Virus record (IMG/VR): IMGVR_UViG_3300015360_000005
Coordinates: 1-56,775 of that record
DNA: 56,775 bases
Reading direction: 5' to 3' (one strand)
Origin: a virus
Taxonomy: Duplodnaviria; Caudoviricetes
Shown here: positions 37,423 through 46,455 of the stretch, piece after piece
Numbering within the stretch: position 1 is the first letter of the stretch
How the letters are laid out: every line of letters begins with the position of its first letter
Program-made: the position numbers and the translations under genes
Notes under the pieces: model-generated
Told to the model about the DNA's origin: nothing
Seen by the model: the letters and a program-made list of their open reading frames with translations, nothing else
Database searches by the model: none

Positions 37423-39468
37423 ATGGAATCGCGATTAATCAATTTCATCAAGTCGTTACCAGTTCTTGAGCCTCTTTGCCTTGCAACGGCAAGTCAGCTC
37501 AAGCCTCTGCCGCTTAATCCTGTGGACCATCTCGAAGTTGACCTCAACGATGACGGCAGGTATTTCGCCGTCAATCCAATCGCGTGCTATAAGGGCATGC
37601 CGACGGGACATCCGGCGTCTAGTGTAGCGCGTGTCACGTGGCTCCGGCGCGTGCCGGAGAAGGAGGAGAAGCCAAAGGACTCAGGGAATTGGATGCTTGC
37701 CGCAACAGATTTCACTGCTCTGGTCATGGCGAACCAATGGCCAGAAGACAGGTTAATCTTCAAGAGCGAGAATGCTAAAGCGCTCTATCAGTTCCTGCTC
37801 ACACGGTTCTTGGTCCAAACCAAGACCGCAATAATTGGTGCAGAGTTCAAGCTTCTGCAGAAGGTCCCCGTCATGCCAGTGGACTTTGTGGAGCATCCGG
37901 ACCCTGACCTACGTTTAGCAGGCTACCAGAAGGTCCCGCTCAGTATGTCTCTGGGACAGGAGGCCTTTGCGCTCTTCATGCAGCAGGGAACAGGCAAGAC
38001 TCCTATCTGTGTGGCGCGTCTGTGCCTAGAGGCAAGACGCGCACGTCTAGGCAAGATGGGCAAGTCGCGAATGCTCCGCGTGCTCATTATCTGTCCGCGG
38101 CAAGCGCGGACGAACTGGCATAATGAGATAGACCGCTTTGCAGTAGTAGCGGGCAAGACGGTCATCCTGCGTGGAGGCAAGGTAGACCGCATGAAAGGAG
38201 TCGTGGATGCGATCCGAGACGAGAAGGACTGCGAATTCGGCGCGTGTATCTGCTCCTACGAGTCAATCGAAAACACGTGGTCGGCAATCGGTGCAGTTCC
38301 GTGGGACTTGGTCGTCGCCGACGAGTCGCACTACATTAAGAACGACCGTGCGCAACGCACACGAGCTCTGCACAAGCTCCGCGACGTAACTGGCAACAGG
38401 ATGATCCTCACAGGAACTCCGATCGTCAATCATCTCACAGACCTCTGGGCTCAGTTCGAGTTCCTTTCAGAGGGTCTGTCTGGCTTCCTCAAGTATTCCC
38501 AGTATAAAAAGTTCTATGGCCTCTTCGAGAAAGCAGAAGGCACTGCAAAGAGGGGAGGCCTTGAGCGCCTCATTGGAATGAAGAACGTCCCTCTGATCCA
38601 AGAGCGCTTGTCTCGTATCTCGTTCAGCATCACAAAGAAAGAAGCTGGATTAAACCTGCCGGACAAAGTGTACGACATGTTCGAAGTACAGATGGCGAGG
38701 AAACAGCGCGAGTATTATGTTCAGCTACAGAAACAGATCGCACTGGAAATTAAAATGGAGTCAAAGACCAAGACGCTCACCGCGGATCACATCCTTACCA
38801 AGATGCTTCGTCTGGCACAGATCACATCGGGGCACATCAAGTGGGACCCGATTATGGATGACGAAGGAACTGTTATCGACTGGGCGAAGGTCGAGCAGAT
38901 CTCACGCGTCAATCCAAAAGTGGAAGCTTGTGTTGACATTATCAAGGCAGACCGCGACGCCGATCCCAACTCCAAGACAATTATCTTTGCTACATTTAGA
39001 GAAGACCTCCGTGTGTTGGAAGCACGATTCAAGCAGGAGGGAATCAACCACGTTTGTTTCCACGGAGGCGTGAAGGACGCAGACCGTGAGATTGCAATCA
39101 CGCGCTACAACATGGATCCCAAGTGCGAGGGATTCTTGGGGAACCAGAAGTGCTGCTCAGAGGCTCTTAATCTTTTAGGCTACGACTATGTGACAACCAA
39201 AGCTGAAGACGCTCAGACGTACACTACGCGCGTCATCTACTTCAGCCAGAATTGGTCGCCAGTAGAACGCGCACAGTCCGAAGACAGAGCTCACAGACGT
39301 GGGACTGCATGCAATCTGCAAGTCACTGATCTTGTTGTGCCGGGAACAGTGGACGAGCAGATCCGCAAGAAGGTCGCTGGCAAGCGTACAGCGGCTGAAG
39401 AAGTACAGGACATCAAAGACATAATGCGACAGGTCCTCGAGACTGATGTTGGAGGGGAAGACGAATGA
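37423..39468 (+). CDS. SNF2-family helicase
   Basis: QGTGKT, DESHYIKN, LTGTP, QSEDRAHRRG. Confidence 0.92.
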   Translation: MESRLINFIKSLPVLEPLCLATASQLKPLPLNPVDHLEVDLNDDGRYFAVNPIACYKGMPTGHPASSVARVTWLRRVPEKEEKPKDSGNWMLAATDFTALVMANQWPEDRLIFKSENAKALYQFLLTRFLVQTKTAIIGAEFKLLQKVPVMPVDFVEHPDPDLRLAGYQKVPLSMSLGQEAFALFMQQGTGKTPICVARLCLEARRARLGKMGKSRMLRVLIICPRQARTNWHNEIDRFAVVAGKTVILRGGKVDRMKGVVDAIRDEKDCEFGACICSYESIENTWSAIGAVPWDLVVADESHYIKNDRAQRTRALHKLRDVTGNRMILTGTPIVNHLTDLWAQFEFLSEGLSGFLKYSQYKKFYGLFEKAEGTAKRGGLERLIGMKNVPLIQERLSRISFSITKKEAGLNLPDKVYDMFEVQMARKQREYYVQLQKQIALEIKMESKTKTLTADHILTKMLRLAQITSGHIKWDPIMDDEGTVIDWAKVEQISRVNPKVEACVDIIKADRDADPNSKTIIFATFREDLRVLEARFKQEGINHVCFHGGVKDADREIAITRYNMDPKCEGFLGNQKCCSEALNLLGYDYVTTKAEDAQTYTTRVIYFSQNWSPVERAQSEDRAHRRGTACNLQVTDLVVPGTVDEQIRKKVAGKRTAAEEVQDIKDIMRQVLETDVGGEDE

Positions 39469-39550
39469 CAAGTCCTGCACGCTGGCTCGACGTGATGGAG
39501 GAGAGAAGGACAACGTGTTGGGAAGTCATATGAGCTAAGGAGGGCTCTCA

Positions 39551-39835
39551 ATGACAACTAAGTCACTGGAAGAAGAAATTCAAAACATCCTTAAGTATGC
39601 CACGAGGGAGGACATCGCGAAGCTCTACAAGGTAATTGTTGTCCGCGGCGAGATGTTGCGCTTGCAGGTCGCAGCACAGATCAACGAAGGTGACCGCGTG
39701 GAGTTTAATGCGCGCGACGGGAAGCTGAGAAAAGGTATTCTACTCAGTATCGGCGGGAAGAATGCTAAAGTTCGCGTAGACAACGGTTGGAATTGGAGGG
39801 TTTCAATCCTACTGCTTCGACCGGAGGCAAAATGA
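39551..39835 (+). CDS. Small SH3/KOW-like protein
   Basis: GDRVEF....G....G.......K.AKV......WRVS; AAGGAGG RBS. Confidence 0.6.
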   Translation: MTTKSLEEEIQNILKYATREDIAKLYKVIVVRGEMLRLQVAAQINEGDRVEFNARDGKLRKGILLSIGGKNAKVRVDNGWNWRVSILLLRPEAK

Positions 39836-40170
39836 ACTTAGACCTAGTCGAACGTTTCTGCAATCGGAACTTCTCACAACGTGTTAGCGCGGTGGACGTT
39901 GTGCCGCATTACGACGTAGACCATGAGTTGAAAGGAGCCTGTGTTACACGTATCCACGTCCCACGTCATTTGCGTGGGAGTGGATATGGTTCACATGCTC
40001 TCGACAATCTGTGCGTCTGGGCGGACATGTATTCAATACCTCTGTACTTAGTTCCCGCTCCAGGTGATGACATGGGACTAACGTTTGAGCAGTTGCTAGA
40101 TTGGTACGGCTCCCGTGGATGGGACCGTAAAGAGGGCGGATACTTTGTTAGACAGCCTAAGGAGGGCTAA
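39832..40170 (+). CDS. GNAT-family acetyltransferase
   Basis: IHVPRHLRGSGYGS acetyl-CoA motif, L.DWY..RGW. Confidence 0.75.
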   Translation: MNLDLVERFCNRNFSQRVSAVDVVPHYDVDHELKGACVTRIHVPRHLRGSGYGSHALDNLCVWADMYSIPLYLVPAPGDDMGLTFEQLLDWYGSRGWDRKEGGYFVRQPKEG

Positions 40171-40172
40171 AC

Positions 40173-40583
40173 ATGACAGCGGAACAACTTCAGAAGCTCA
40201 AGCAGGAGTTACAGAATCAAGTAATTATTCTGCTCGCCGAGAATCGTTACGCAATGGCGCGTCGCGCAAGCTTCAACGTGCTGTACAATATCTGTGCTTT
40301 GGAGCGCGAGGACGCTCTCAAGATGTACGACGAGATGGTTGAAGATGTGCGCAAGCATTTCTTCCCACCGGACGCTCGCGCGCTCTGCATCAAGTATGTT
40401 GGGAAGCGGGTTCTCGTCGAAGTGGATTGTCGTCAGGTAGACGGCGTCGTCATGGAACCTAATCCTAAGTATCCGCTCTATCCGCGCGTTGCCTTCCGGG
40501 TAAGCGGGGAGCTGGATGTCACTCCCTTCACATGGGATGCTATCCGTCGCGCTGTGGACGAGAAGGAGGTGCTCTTTGGATGA
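40173..40583 (+). CDS. Hypothetical protein
   Basis: AAGGAGG RBS, 136 aa. Confidence 0.65.
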   Translation: MTAEQLQKLKQELQNQVIILLAENRYAMARRASFNVLYNICALEREDALKMYDEMVEDVRKHFFPPDARALCIKYVGKRVLVEVDCRQVDGVVMEPNPKYPLYPRVAFRVSGELDVTPFTWDAIRRAVDEKEVLFG

Positions 40584-40815
40584 CAAAGGAGCGCGGGATG
40601 TAAGTTTCCCGTCTGTCACACAATCGCGGTCCTCGACACGATGTGGGGATGGAGAAACTACTCCGGTCCGGGTGACTCTATACCTTACTTTAGAATCAAC
40701 TCTGAGAACCATACTTGCAGGGTAGTACAGATTCCGCATCCGGCCGCACGAATGTGGACGAGACGCGTGACATTATTCAGCATCACACTGATTCAACCAG
40801 ACTGGAGTTTGACAA

Positions 40816-41685
40816 ATGATACATGTAGACATTAAGATGGCTCTTAGTTTGCGCCCAGACGTACCGGAGTATAAGGTTGGGACTCCGGTACGCTGGAAGC
40901 AAACTAAGGGTGACGGATACCGTTGTGCGTTCGTCAACGACAAAGATGACTGCTTCTTTGCAATTGGACGCAAGGAAGACTATAGCGCAATGCTCGTAGA
41001 CCATCCTACGTTGTGGAAGACGATTTGCGAGATGCCTGCAAACACTGTCTTGGATGGTGAGCTCTACGTAGACGGAGGCAAGTCGAGCGACGTGGTTACA
41101 GCATTGAAGGCAAAGGATCCGCGCCTAGTGTATGCTCCCTTTGCGGCTCCTGTGCTTAAAGGAGTAGACCTCCAAGCAATGGATCTAAGTGTGGTGCTGG
41201 AAGAGATACGTGGTTATGGGTGGACAACAACACTAGGTAATGAAATTCTGGTCTCTGGTGAGTCTGTGTCACTGACCGAGGGATTGGTTCTTGAGATGCT
41301 GAAGGACGCCTCTGCACGTAAGATCGAAGGGTTCGTTCTCAAGAACCAACACAACGCCGAGTGGTACAAGCTAAAGCCACAAAAGACGGTGGACGTTGTT
41401 GTAATGGCGTGGGACAGTGGAGTCGCGCGTAACTACGGCAAGATGGGAGCGCTAATTTGTGGTCTATACGACGAGAGTGGTAAGCTAGTCGAGATCGCAA
41501 ACGTAGGAGGCGGATACACAGACGAGATGCGTCGTACCTTTAAGCCAGAGAACACAGAAGGACGTGTCATCGAAGTTACTTATCAATCTGTCGCAGCAAA
41601 GGGACGTCTTCAGTTCCCCCGCTTCGAACGGTTCCGGGACGATAAACCTGCCGAAGACTGCAAGCTCAGTCAGATTGGAAGATAA
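40816..41685 (+). CDS. lig: ATP-dependent DNA ligase
   Basis: KGDGYR, LDGELY, EGFVLK, WYKLK, VGGGY, LQFPRF.RFRDDK. Confidence 0.92.
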   Translation: MIHVDIKMALSLRPDVPEYKVGTPVRWKQTKGDGYRCAFVNDKDDCFFAIGRKEDYSAMLVDHPTLWKTICEMPANTVLDGELYVDGGKSSDVVTALKAKDPRLVYAPFAAPVLKGVDLQAMDLSVVLEEIRGYGWTTTLGNEILVSGESVSLTEGLVLEMLKDASARKIEGFVLKNQHNAEWYKLKPQKTVDVVVMAWDSGVARNYGKMGALICGLYDESGKLVEIANVGGGYTDEMRRTFKPENTEGRVIEVTYQSVAAKGRLQFPRFERFRDDKPAEDCKLSQIGR

Positions 41686-41687
41686 TC

Positions 41688-41885
41688 ATGGCACGAGGTC
41701 TAACCATTAGGCGCAAACACGGAGAGAGCGTAGTCCTCTTCGTAGACGGGAAGGTAATTGGTTCCATCCGCTGCACATCTAAGAACGCTTCTCTTGAGTT
41801 TGACTTTGCGGAGTCGGTCCGCATTAAACGTGAAGAGTCCATGAGCCTAAAAGAACGGGAGGCCAAACGTGAAGCGAATGATTGA
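41688..41885 (+). CDS. CsrA/RsmA-like RNA-binding protein
   Basis: LTIRRKHGESVVL...V.I.REE resembles the CsrA pattern LxLTRxxGE...VxxxREE. Confidence 0.55.
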   Translation: MARGLTIRRKHGESVVLFVDGKVIGSIRCTSKNASLEFDFAESVRIKREESMSLKEREAKREAND

Positions 41886-42144
41886 TTTGTCGATGCTGCT
41901 CAACATCCAACGGCGATCTGTGGAAGTTGGACGAGACATGCACACTGCCGTCGCGTCGTACCTTTATGACTGTCCAATAAATGAAGTTACAGCGGAACAA
42001 CGCGCTCAGGCAAAGGTTTGGAACTTTGGACTCTTGTACCGATCACCGTCCCGGACGGTCTTTGGCGCTCTCAAGACTCCTGGCTACCACGAGAGAGACA
42101 ACAACAACAACGCTCACTCTGGCTTTGAGGGACATGGCGTATGA
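41869..42144 (+). CDS. Stand-alone DNA polymerase I fingers/O-helix fragment
   Basis: DMHTAVASYLY......VTAEQRAQAKVWNFGLLY; GGAGG RBS; ATGA-coupled to the next gene. Confidence 0.65.
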   Translation: MKRMIDLSMLLNIQRRSVEVGRDMHTAVASYLYDCPINEVTAEQRAQAKVWNFGLLYRSPSRTVFGALKTPGYHERDNNNNAHSGFEGHGV

Positions 42145-43124
42145 GCAAAACAGACAGTTCGATTGCAGGCTTCTTCGGATGGATCAACGAGCGTCATGCA
42201 ATCTGGCATAGACGCAACGTTGAGAAGCTGCCGAGGCCTTGGTCGCAGGATGAAATCTTCCTCGACTACAAATTCACAAACACCTTCCGAGAGCTAGACA
42301 GAGGGACCATTGCATTACACGAGATGATCGACAGTCTCTGTCACGCAATGGAGGTCCAAGACTTCGAGCACACAAAAGAGAAGCGAACGCAACTTGCGAA
42401 GGAGTTAGTTTTCAACGTCATGTGGTACAGGCTGTTCAACTGCGACTTCCATGCAAAGGAGCTAGGCTATTGCTTGCGACCGGAGCAGGTCATCGACTAT
42501 ATGCAAGCAAAGGCAAAGCGTGGAGAGAAGATCTTTACGTCTGCACACCTTTGCACTGTACGTCCGGGAAAAGCAAAGGTTGACTCCTACACAGAAGCAG
42601 TAATGGACGCGTGGGATGACGCGCATATTGTTGTTGAAGCTTGCAGGACACTCCGCACCATGAAAGGAGTCTACGACACACTAAAGCAGTTCTACCTCAT
42701 CGGTGGATTCGTCGCATACGAAATCACATGCGACTTGCGCTTTACACCGTTGCTCCAGGATCCTGTGGATAGACTTCGGTGGGCGAACATTGGTCCAGGA
42801 GCGGACAGAGGGATGTGTCGTCTTGGTCTGTCAAGCACAATCAACACAATGGTCTGTCTGCACAGACTGGCAATCGGTGATTGGAGCAAGTACACAGACT
42901 CCGTAGACGAGAATGCTTTCGAGGGAATGAACACTAACGACATAGACATTATTAACGACGCTAACTTTCAAGGCACGCGCGTCGGTCCGCATGTCCTCAA
43001 TGCTCCAGTACCATTCGAGTTGAGAGAAATCGAACATTCACTGTGTGAGTTCGATAAGTTCGAAAGAGTCCGGCTGGGACAAGGGCGTCCACGCCAGAAA
43101 TTTAACGGGAGGACAGATGGCTAA
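42141..43124 (+). CDS. 5-hmdU DNA kinase-like protein (aGPT-Pplase1 clade)
   Basis: ERHAIW.RR, PWS.DEIF..YKFTN.FRE.DRGT, YRLFN, F.AYEI..DL, GPGA.RG, EIEHSLCEFDK. Confidence 0.88.
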   Translation: MSKTDSSIAGFFGWINERHAIWHRRNVEKLPRPWSQDEIFLDYKFTNTFRELDRGTIALHEMIDSLCHAMEVQDFEHTKEKRTQLAKELVFNVMWYRLFNCDFHAKELGYCLRPEQVIDYMQAKAKRGEKIFTSAHLCTVRPGKAKVDSYTEAVMDAWDDAHIVVEACRTLRTMKGVYDTLKQFYLIGGFVAYEITCDLRFTPLLQDPVDRLRWANIGPGADRGMCRLGLSSTINTMVCLHRLAIGDWSKYTDSVDENAFEGMNTNDIDIINDANFQGTRVGPHVLNAPVPFELREIEHSLCEFDKFERVRLGQGRPRQKFNGRTDG

Positions 43125-43575
43125 GATCTATGTCGCAGCGAGTGCTTCAAAACTCACCGAAGCAAAGCAGGTCGCCGCGAAACTCAAAATGGCTGGACAC
43201 GAAGTCACTTCGCGCTGGCTACTTGGAGCAGCGGATCTTTACACCGGAGCACGCGGTGAGCAGTCAAAGATCGAACACGGAATAAAGTGTGCGGAGGAAG
43301 ACTTTGAAGACGTGACTGCGGCGAATGTTCTTGTCCAGCTCACCGGAGACACAGAAACAAAGGGTGGACGTCATTCGGAATTGGGAATCGCGTTGCACAA
43401 GAACAATCTGTGTATCATCATCGGTCCGCGAGAACAGGTTTTTCATTATCATCCGCGTGTCTTTCTCGCTCGCGACGTGGAAGAAGCACTAAATCTCATC
43501 ACAGTCGCAGCGGCAATCGGCGAGGGGACTAAACAGCACGGCAGCACGTATAGGGAGCAGCACAGGATACCCTAA
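43117..43575 (+). CDS. Nucleoside 2-deoxyribosyltransferase / nucleotide N-hydrolase-like protein
   Basis: KIYVA, GHEVTSRW, D..DV..A, GGRHSELGIA. Confidence 0.78.
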   Translation: MAKIYVAASASKLTEAKQVAAKLKMAGHEVTSRWLLGAADLYTGARGEQSKIEHGIKCAEEDFEDVTAANVLVQLTGDTETKGGRHSELGIALHKNNLCIIIGPREQVFHYHPRVFLARDVEEALNLITVAAAIGEGTKQHGSTYREQHRIP

Positions 43576-43644
43576 GGGTTTAGGAGCGTTTTCATGTCGG
43601 TTAAAGCAAGGAGCTCCCCCATGGGCTCCCCTACGCACGGTTCC

Positions 43645-43674
43645 AGGTGCCTAGCTTTACAAGTTAGGCACCTG
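43645..43674 (+). terminator. Intergenic hairpin
   Basis: CAGGTGCCTAGC...GTTAGGCACCTG. Confidence 0.45.
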
Positions 43675-43707
43675 CCGTGCACTACTCTTTAAAGGAGCAA
43701 AAACAGG

Positions 43708-44589
43708 ATGCGAATTTACATTCCCACTCTCGGAAGACGAGACAAACAAATTACATTCAACACGTTGACAAAGTTCTGGCAAGAAAGAACGTGGTTCGTC
43801 GTCCACAGACGCGAAGTAGAACTATTTAAAGGACATCCGAATCTCGTTGTCGTCGAAAAGATCGGTGCTCCTCATGCACGCCAGACAGCGGTTGATCACT
43901 GCTTAAAAGGTTTCCTTGCAGGTGAGTGCTCTGCGTCATTGTTTATGTTTGACGATGACTTGCGATTCTCTCAACGCGTCAAGGATTGGAACATCGACAC
44001 AAATGTTCGCCTGGAACAGATGAGGCCTGACGATCTGCACAAGGCTCTCGAGCTCTTCCAGGAGCGTCTCGATGATTATGCTGCTGTCGGCATGTCCGCG
44101 CGAGGGATGAACAATCAAGTCCCCGACCATCCATACAAAGAAGCGGGACGGCTGATGCGCGCATTTGGTGTTCGCGTGGACATTCTGGACTACAAGAAGA
44201 TCCGCTTCGACAAATTCGAATACTGGGAAGACTTCCATGTCACACTGGAGCTCTTGAAGAATGGTTATGCGACTTACGTTTCGACTGCACACTGCAACGA
44301 CGGCATAACTAATGCTGACGGAGGTTGCAGCGAGTACCGTAATCGCGATGGACTGCTTAAGACACGCGGGGAGTTCATTGAGTATCATGCTCCTTACGTC
44401 AAAGCAAATGACAAGAGCTCCGAGTCGTGGGGCAATACAGACGAATCGACGATGCCGGACATCCGGATCGCATGGGTCAAATGTTATGAGGACGCAGTAA
44501 GGAGGTTTCAAAATGAAAGCAAGAGCGATAATACTAGCAGCAGGGAAGGCGGAACGGCTCCCGAACAAACTGCTCCTTCCGCAACATAA
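43708..44589 (+). CDS. GT-A DNA base glycosyltransferase (TET-associated glycosyltransferase-like)
   Basis: IYIPTLGR, MFDDDL.F, EDFHVTLELLKNG, GGCSEYR. Confidence 0.78.
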   Translation: MRIYIPTLGRRDKQITFNTLTKFWQERTWFVVHRREVELFKGHPNLVVVEKIGAPHARQTAVDHCLKGFLAGECSASLFMFDDDLRFSQRVKDWNIDTNVRLEQMRPDDLHKALELFQERLDDYAAVGMSARGMNNQVPDHPYKEAGRLMRAFGVRVDILDYKKIRFDKFEYWEDFHVTLELLKNGYATYVSTAHCNDGITNADGGCSEYRNRDGLLKTRGEFIEYHAPYVKANDKSSESWGNTDESTMPDIRIAWVKCYEDAVRRFQNESKSDNTSSREGGTAPEQTAPSAT

Positions 44590-45238
44590 TCTTTCACCCG
44601 TTATTATGTCGTCGGTCATCTATGCGCAGATGCTGCTGAAGTCAGTCAACGGGAACGCGGACGATACAAAGCCGATCGTCGTTGTGGACACTCCCGGGAG
44701 TCTCGTGCATCTGTTTCTAAAAAGATGTTATGCTGACTCTCTTGAGTATGTATTCCAATATCCTATTTCTAGGGTATTGGAACACATGTCCGGAGTGTGT
44801 GGTGCCTTGCTCACGGCATGGAGTCCTCTCTACGGAGATGATGAGTTCTACGTGCTCTGCGGGGACAACATCTATCCTAGCTTCGACGCAATGCATCTAC
44901 CGACCGAGCGTGGAGCAGTGTGCAGGAGCGTCTCCGTAGATGAAGCCTGTGATCTTGTTACTTGGGAGCCTACGAAATGGCAACGCGGATTAGGTTCTCG
45001 CGAAGGATCACATTCTAGTGAATACCTTGCGCTCACAACTCCATGGATGCTCACGTCTGTAGATTTCCAAATGCTAACACATGGATTGTCGAGCGGAACA
45101 CTCATGTACGACTCCGTTGTGGAGTGGTTCAATTTAATGCAGATGCGTCCTTACGTTGTTAAGCGCGGAGAGTGGCGCGACATGGGACGTTCATCGTCAG
45201 CAATAGCTTACTGGGAGCTCACTGATGAACAAACATGA
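44513..45238 (+). CDS. Sugar-phosphate nucleotidyltransferase
   Basis: AIILAAGKAERL.NK.LLP, GDNI, W.DMG. Confidence 0.8.
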   Translation: MKARAIILAAGKAERLPNKLLLPQHNLSPVIMSSVIYAQMLLKSVNGNADDTKPIVVVDTPGSLVHLFLKRCYADSLEYVFQYPISRVLEHMSGVCGALLTAWSPLYGDDEFYVLCGDNIYPSFDAMHLPTERGAVCRSVSVDEACDLVTWEPTKWQRGLGSREGSHSSEYLALTTPWMLTSVDFQMLTHGLSSGTLMYDSVVEWFNLMQMRPYVVKRGEWRDMGRSSSAIAYWELTDEQT

Positions 45239-46148
45239 CAGCAAAGAACACCTAGACGCACAAGAACGCGTCTACAACATGATCCCTCCGCGGCATAAGC
45301 CTAAGAGCTTGTTCCGACGAGACGCGAACACACTGGCATACGAGTATGTGAAAGGAGTACATCCAGACACAGACCTCACAATCAACAAGTCTCATCGCGT
45401 GTGGAAGCTTATCTGTCGTCCAAGCGTCATGAGACCGGAAGAGAAGTTGCGCATTCTATGCACTGCAGAGTACAGACTCTACATCATAGAGCGTGCATAC
45501 CTTACTTTCCAAGGCGACAACCTAGCGCGCATAAGGGACGCCCTTATTGTGTGGTGCAACGAAGCGCGCAAATTTGTCTACACGGAGTTCATCCATGGTG
45601 ATTTCACTCTCGAGAACATTATTATCGACCAGGAGTGGGACGTGGTCTACATTGATCCTGGAGTGGATCGCGGCTTAACTGTTATTGAGATGGACGAGTC
45701 GAAGATGCTGCAATCGATAATCACACAATGGGAACATATCCACCGTGATCGGCTTCCTTGCAGGGTCCCACCTCCGTTCGAAGTTCTACCAGAGCACATT
45801 GTTCTGCTCTTGTCGCATTGGATCCGATTACTGGCGCATCCGGAGAAGCACAGTGAAGAGATTCAACTGTACGGGGTTCAGCAGGTTGTTCCGCTGCTGT
45901 TGGAGGAAATAGATGCATACAATGCTGGTAGACATGGACGGAGTCCTAGTGAACTGCAAGCGGAGTGTATACGTCGCATACCGTCAAGCCTGCTTGGAAG
46001 ATGGAATCGTTCTGAACAAAGACGCGTTCCAGAAGTGTCTCTGGGGAAAGACGTGGAAGGACGGTCTGGGCAGTCTATTCCCGAATCTGGACGAACTAAG
46101 CCTCCTCAGGATCAAGCTTCGCAAGGACAATTATTTCCTCCAGTGTAA
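45225..46148 (+). CDS. APH/choline-kinase-like phosphotransferase
   Basis: YEYVKG, HGDFTLENII, YIDP, D.SK.LQS. Confidence 0.78.
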   Translation: MNKHDSKEHLDAQERVYNMIPPRHKPKSLFRRDANTLAYEYVKGVHPDTDLTINKSHRVWKLICRPSVMRPEEKLRILCTAEYRLYIIERAYLTFQGDNLARIRDALIVWCNEARKFVYTEFIHGDFTLENIIIDQEWDVVYIDPGVDRGLTVIEMDESKMLQSIITQWEHIHRDRLPCRVPPPFEVLPEHIVLLLSHWIRLLAHPEKHSEEIQLYGVQQVVPLLLEEIDAYNAGRHGRSPSELQAECIRRIPSSLLGRWNRSEQRRVPEVSLGKDVEGRSGQSIPESGRTKPPQDQASQGQLFPPV

Positions 46149-46455
46149 AGTGGAGGTCAATGAACCCGTAGTCGAGATGGTGATCGACTTGAGCAGGATG
46201 GGCTATCCTATTCATATCGTGTCATCGGCGAGCTACGAAGCGAACGAGCACAAGCTGAGATTCTTACCAGCCTGTCTCAGCATGGTTCCGCGTACACACT
46301 CTGCTCCTAAAGGTATGGAGGTCTTCTGGAGACAGTTCATGGACCGCCATAATTATAAATTCGCGGTTCTGTTCGACGACGACAGACGGGTCTGTGAGGC
46401 AGCGAAAGCGCAAGGCATTAAAGCAATCTGTATCGACTCCTTGGAGGACCTATGA
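45913..46455 (+). CDS. HAD-family phosphatase
   Basis: DMDGVL, IVSS, K, FDDD...AA...GI; GGAGG RBS. Confidence 0.85.
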   Translation: MHTMLVDMDGVLVNCKRSVYVAYRQACLEDGIVLNKDAFQKCLWGKTWKDGLGSLFPNLDELSLLRIKLRKDNYFLQCKVEVNEPVVEMVIDLSRMGYPIHIVSSASYEANEHKLRFLPACLSMVPRTHSAPKGMEVFWRQFMDRHNYKFAVLFDDDRRVCEAAKAQGIKAICIDSLEDL

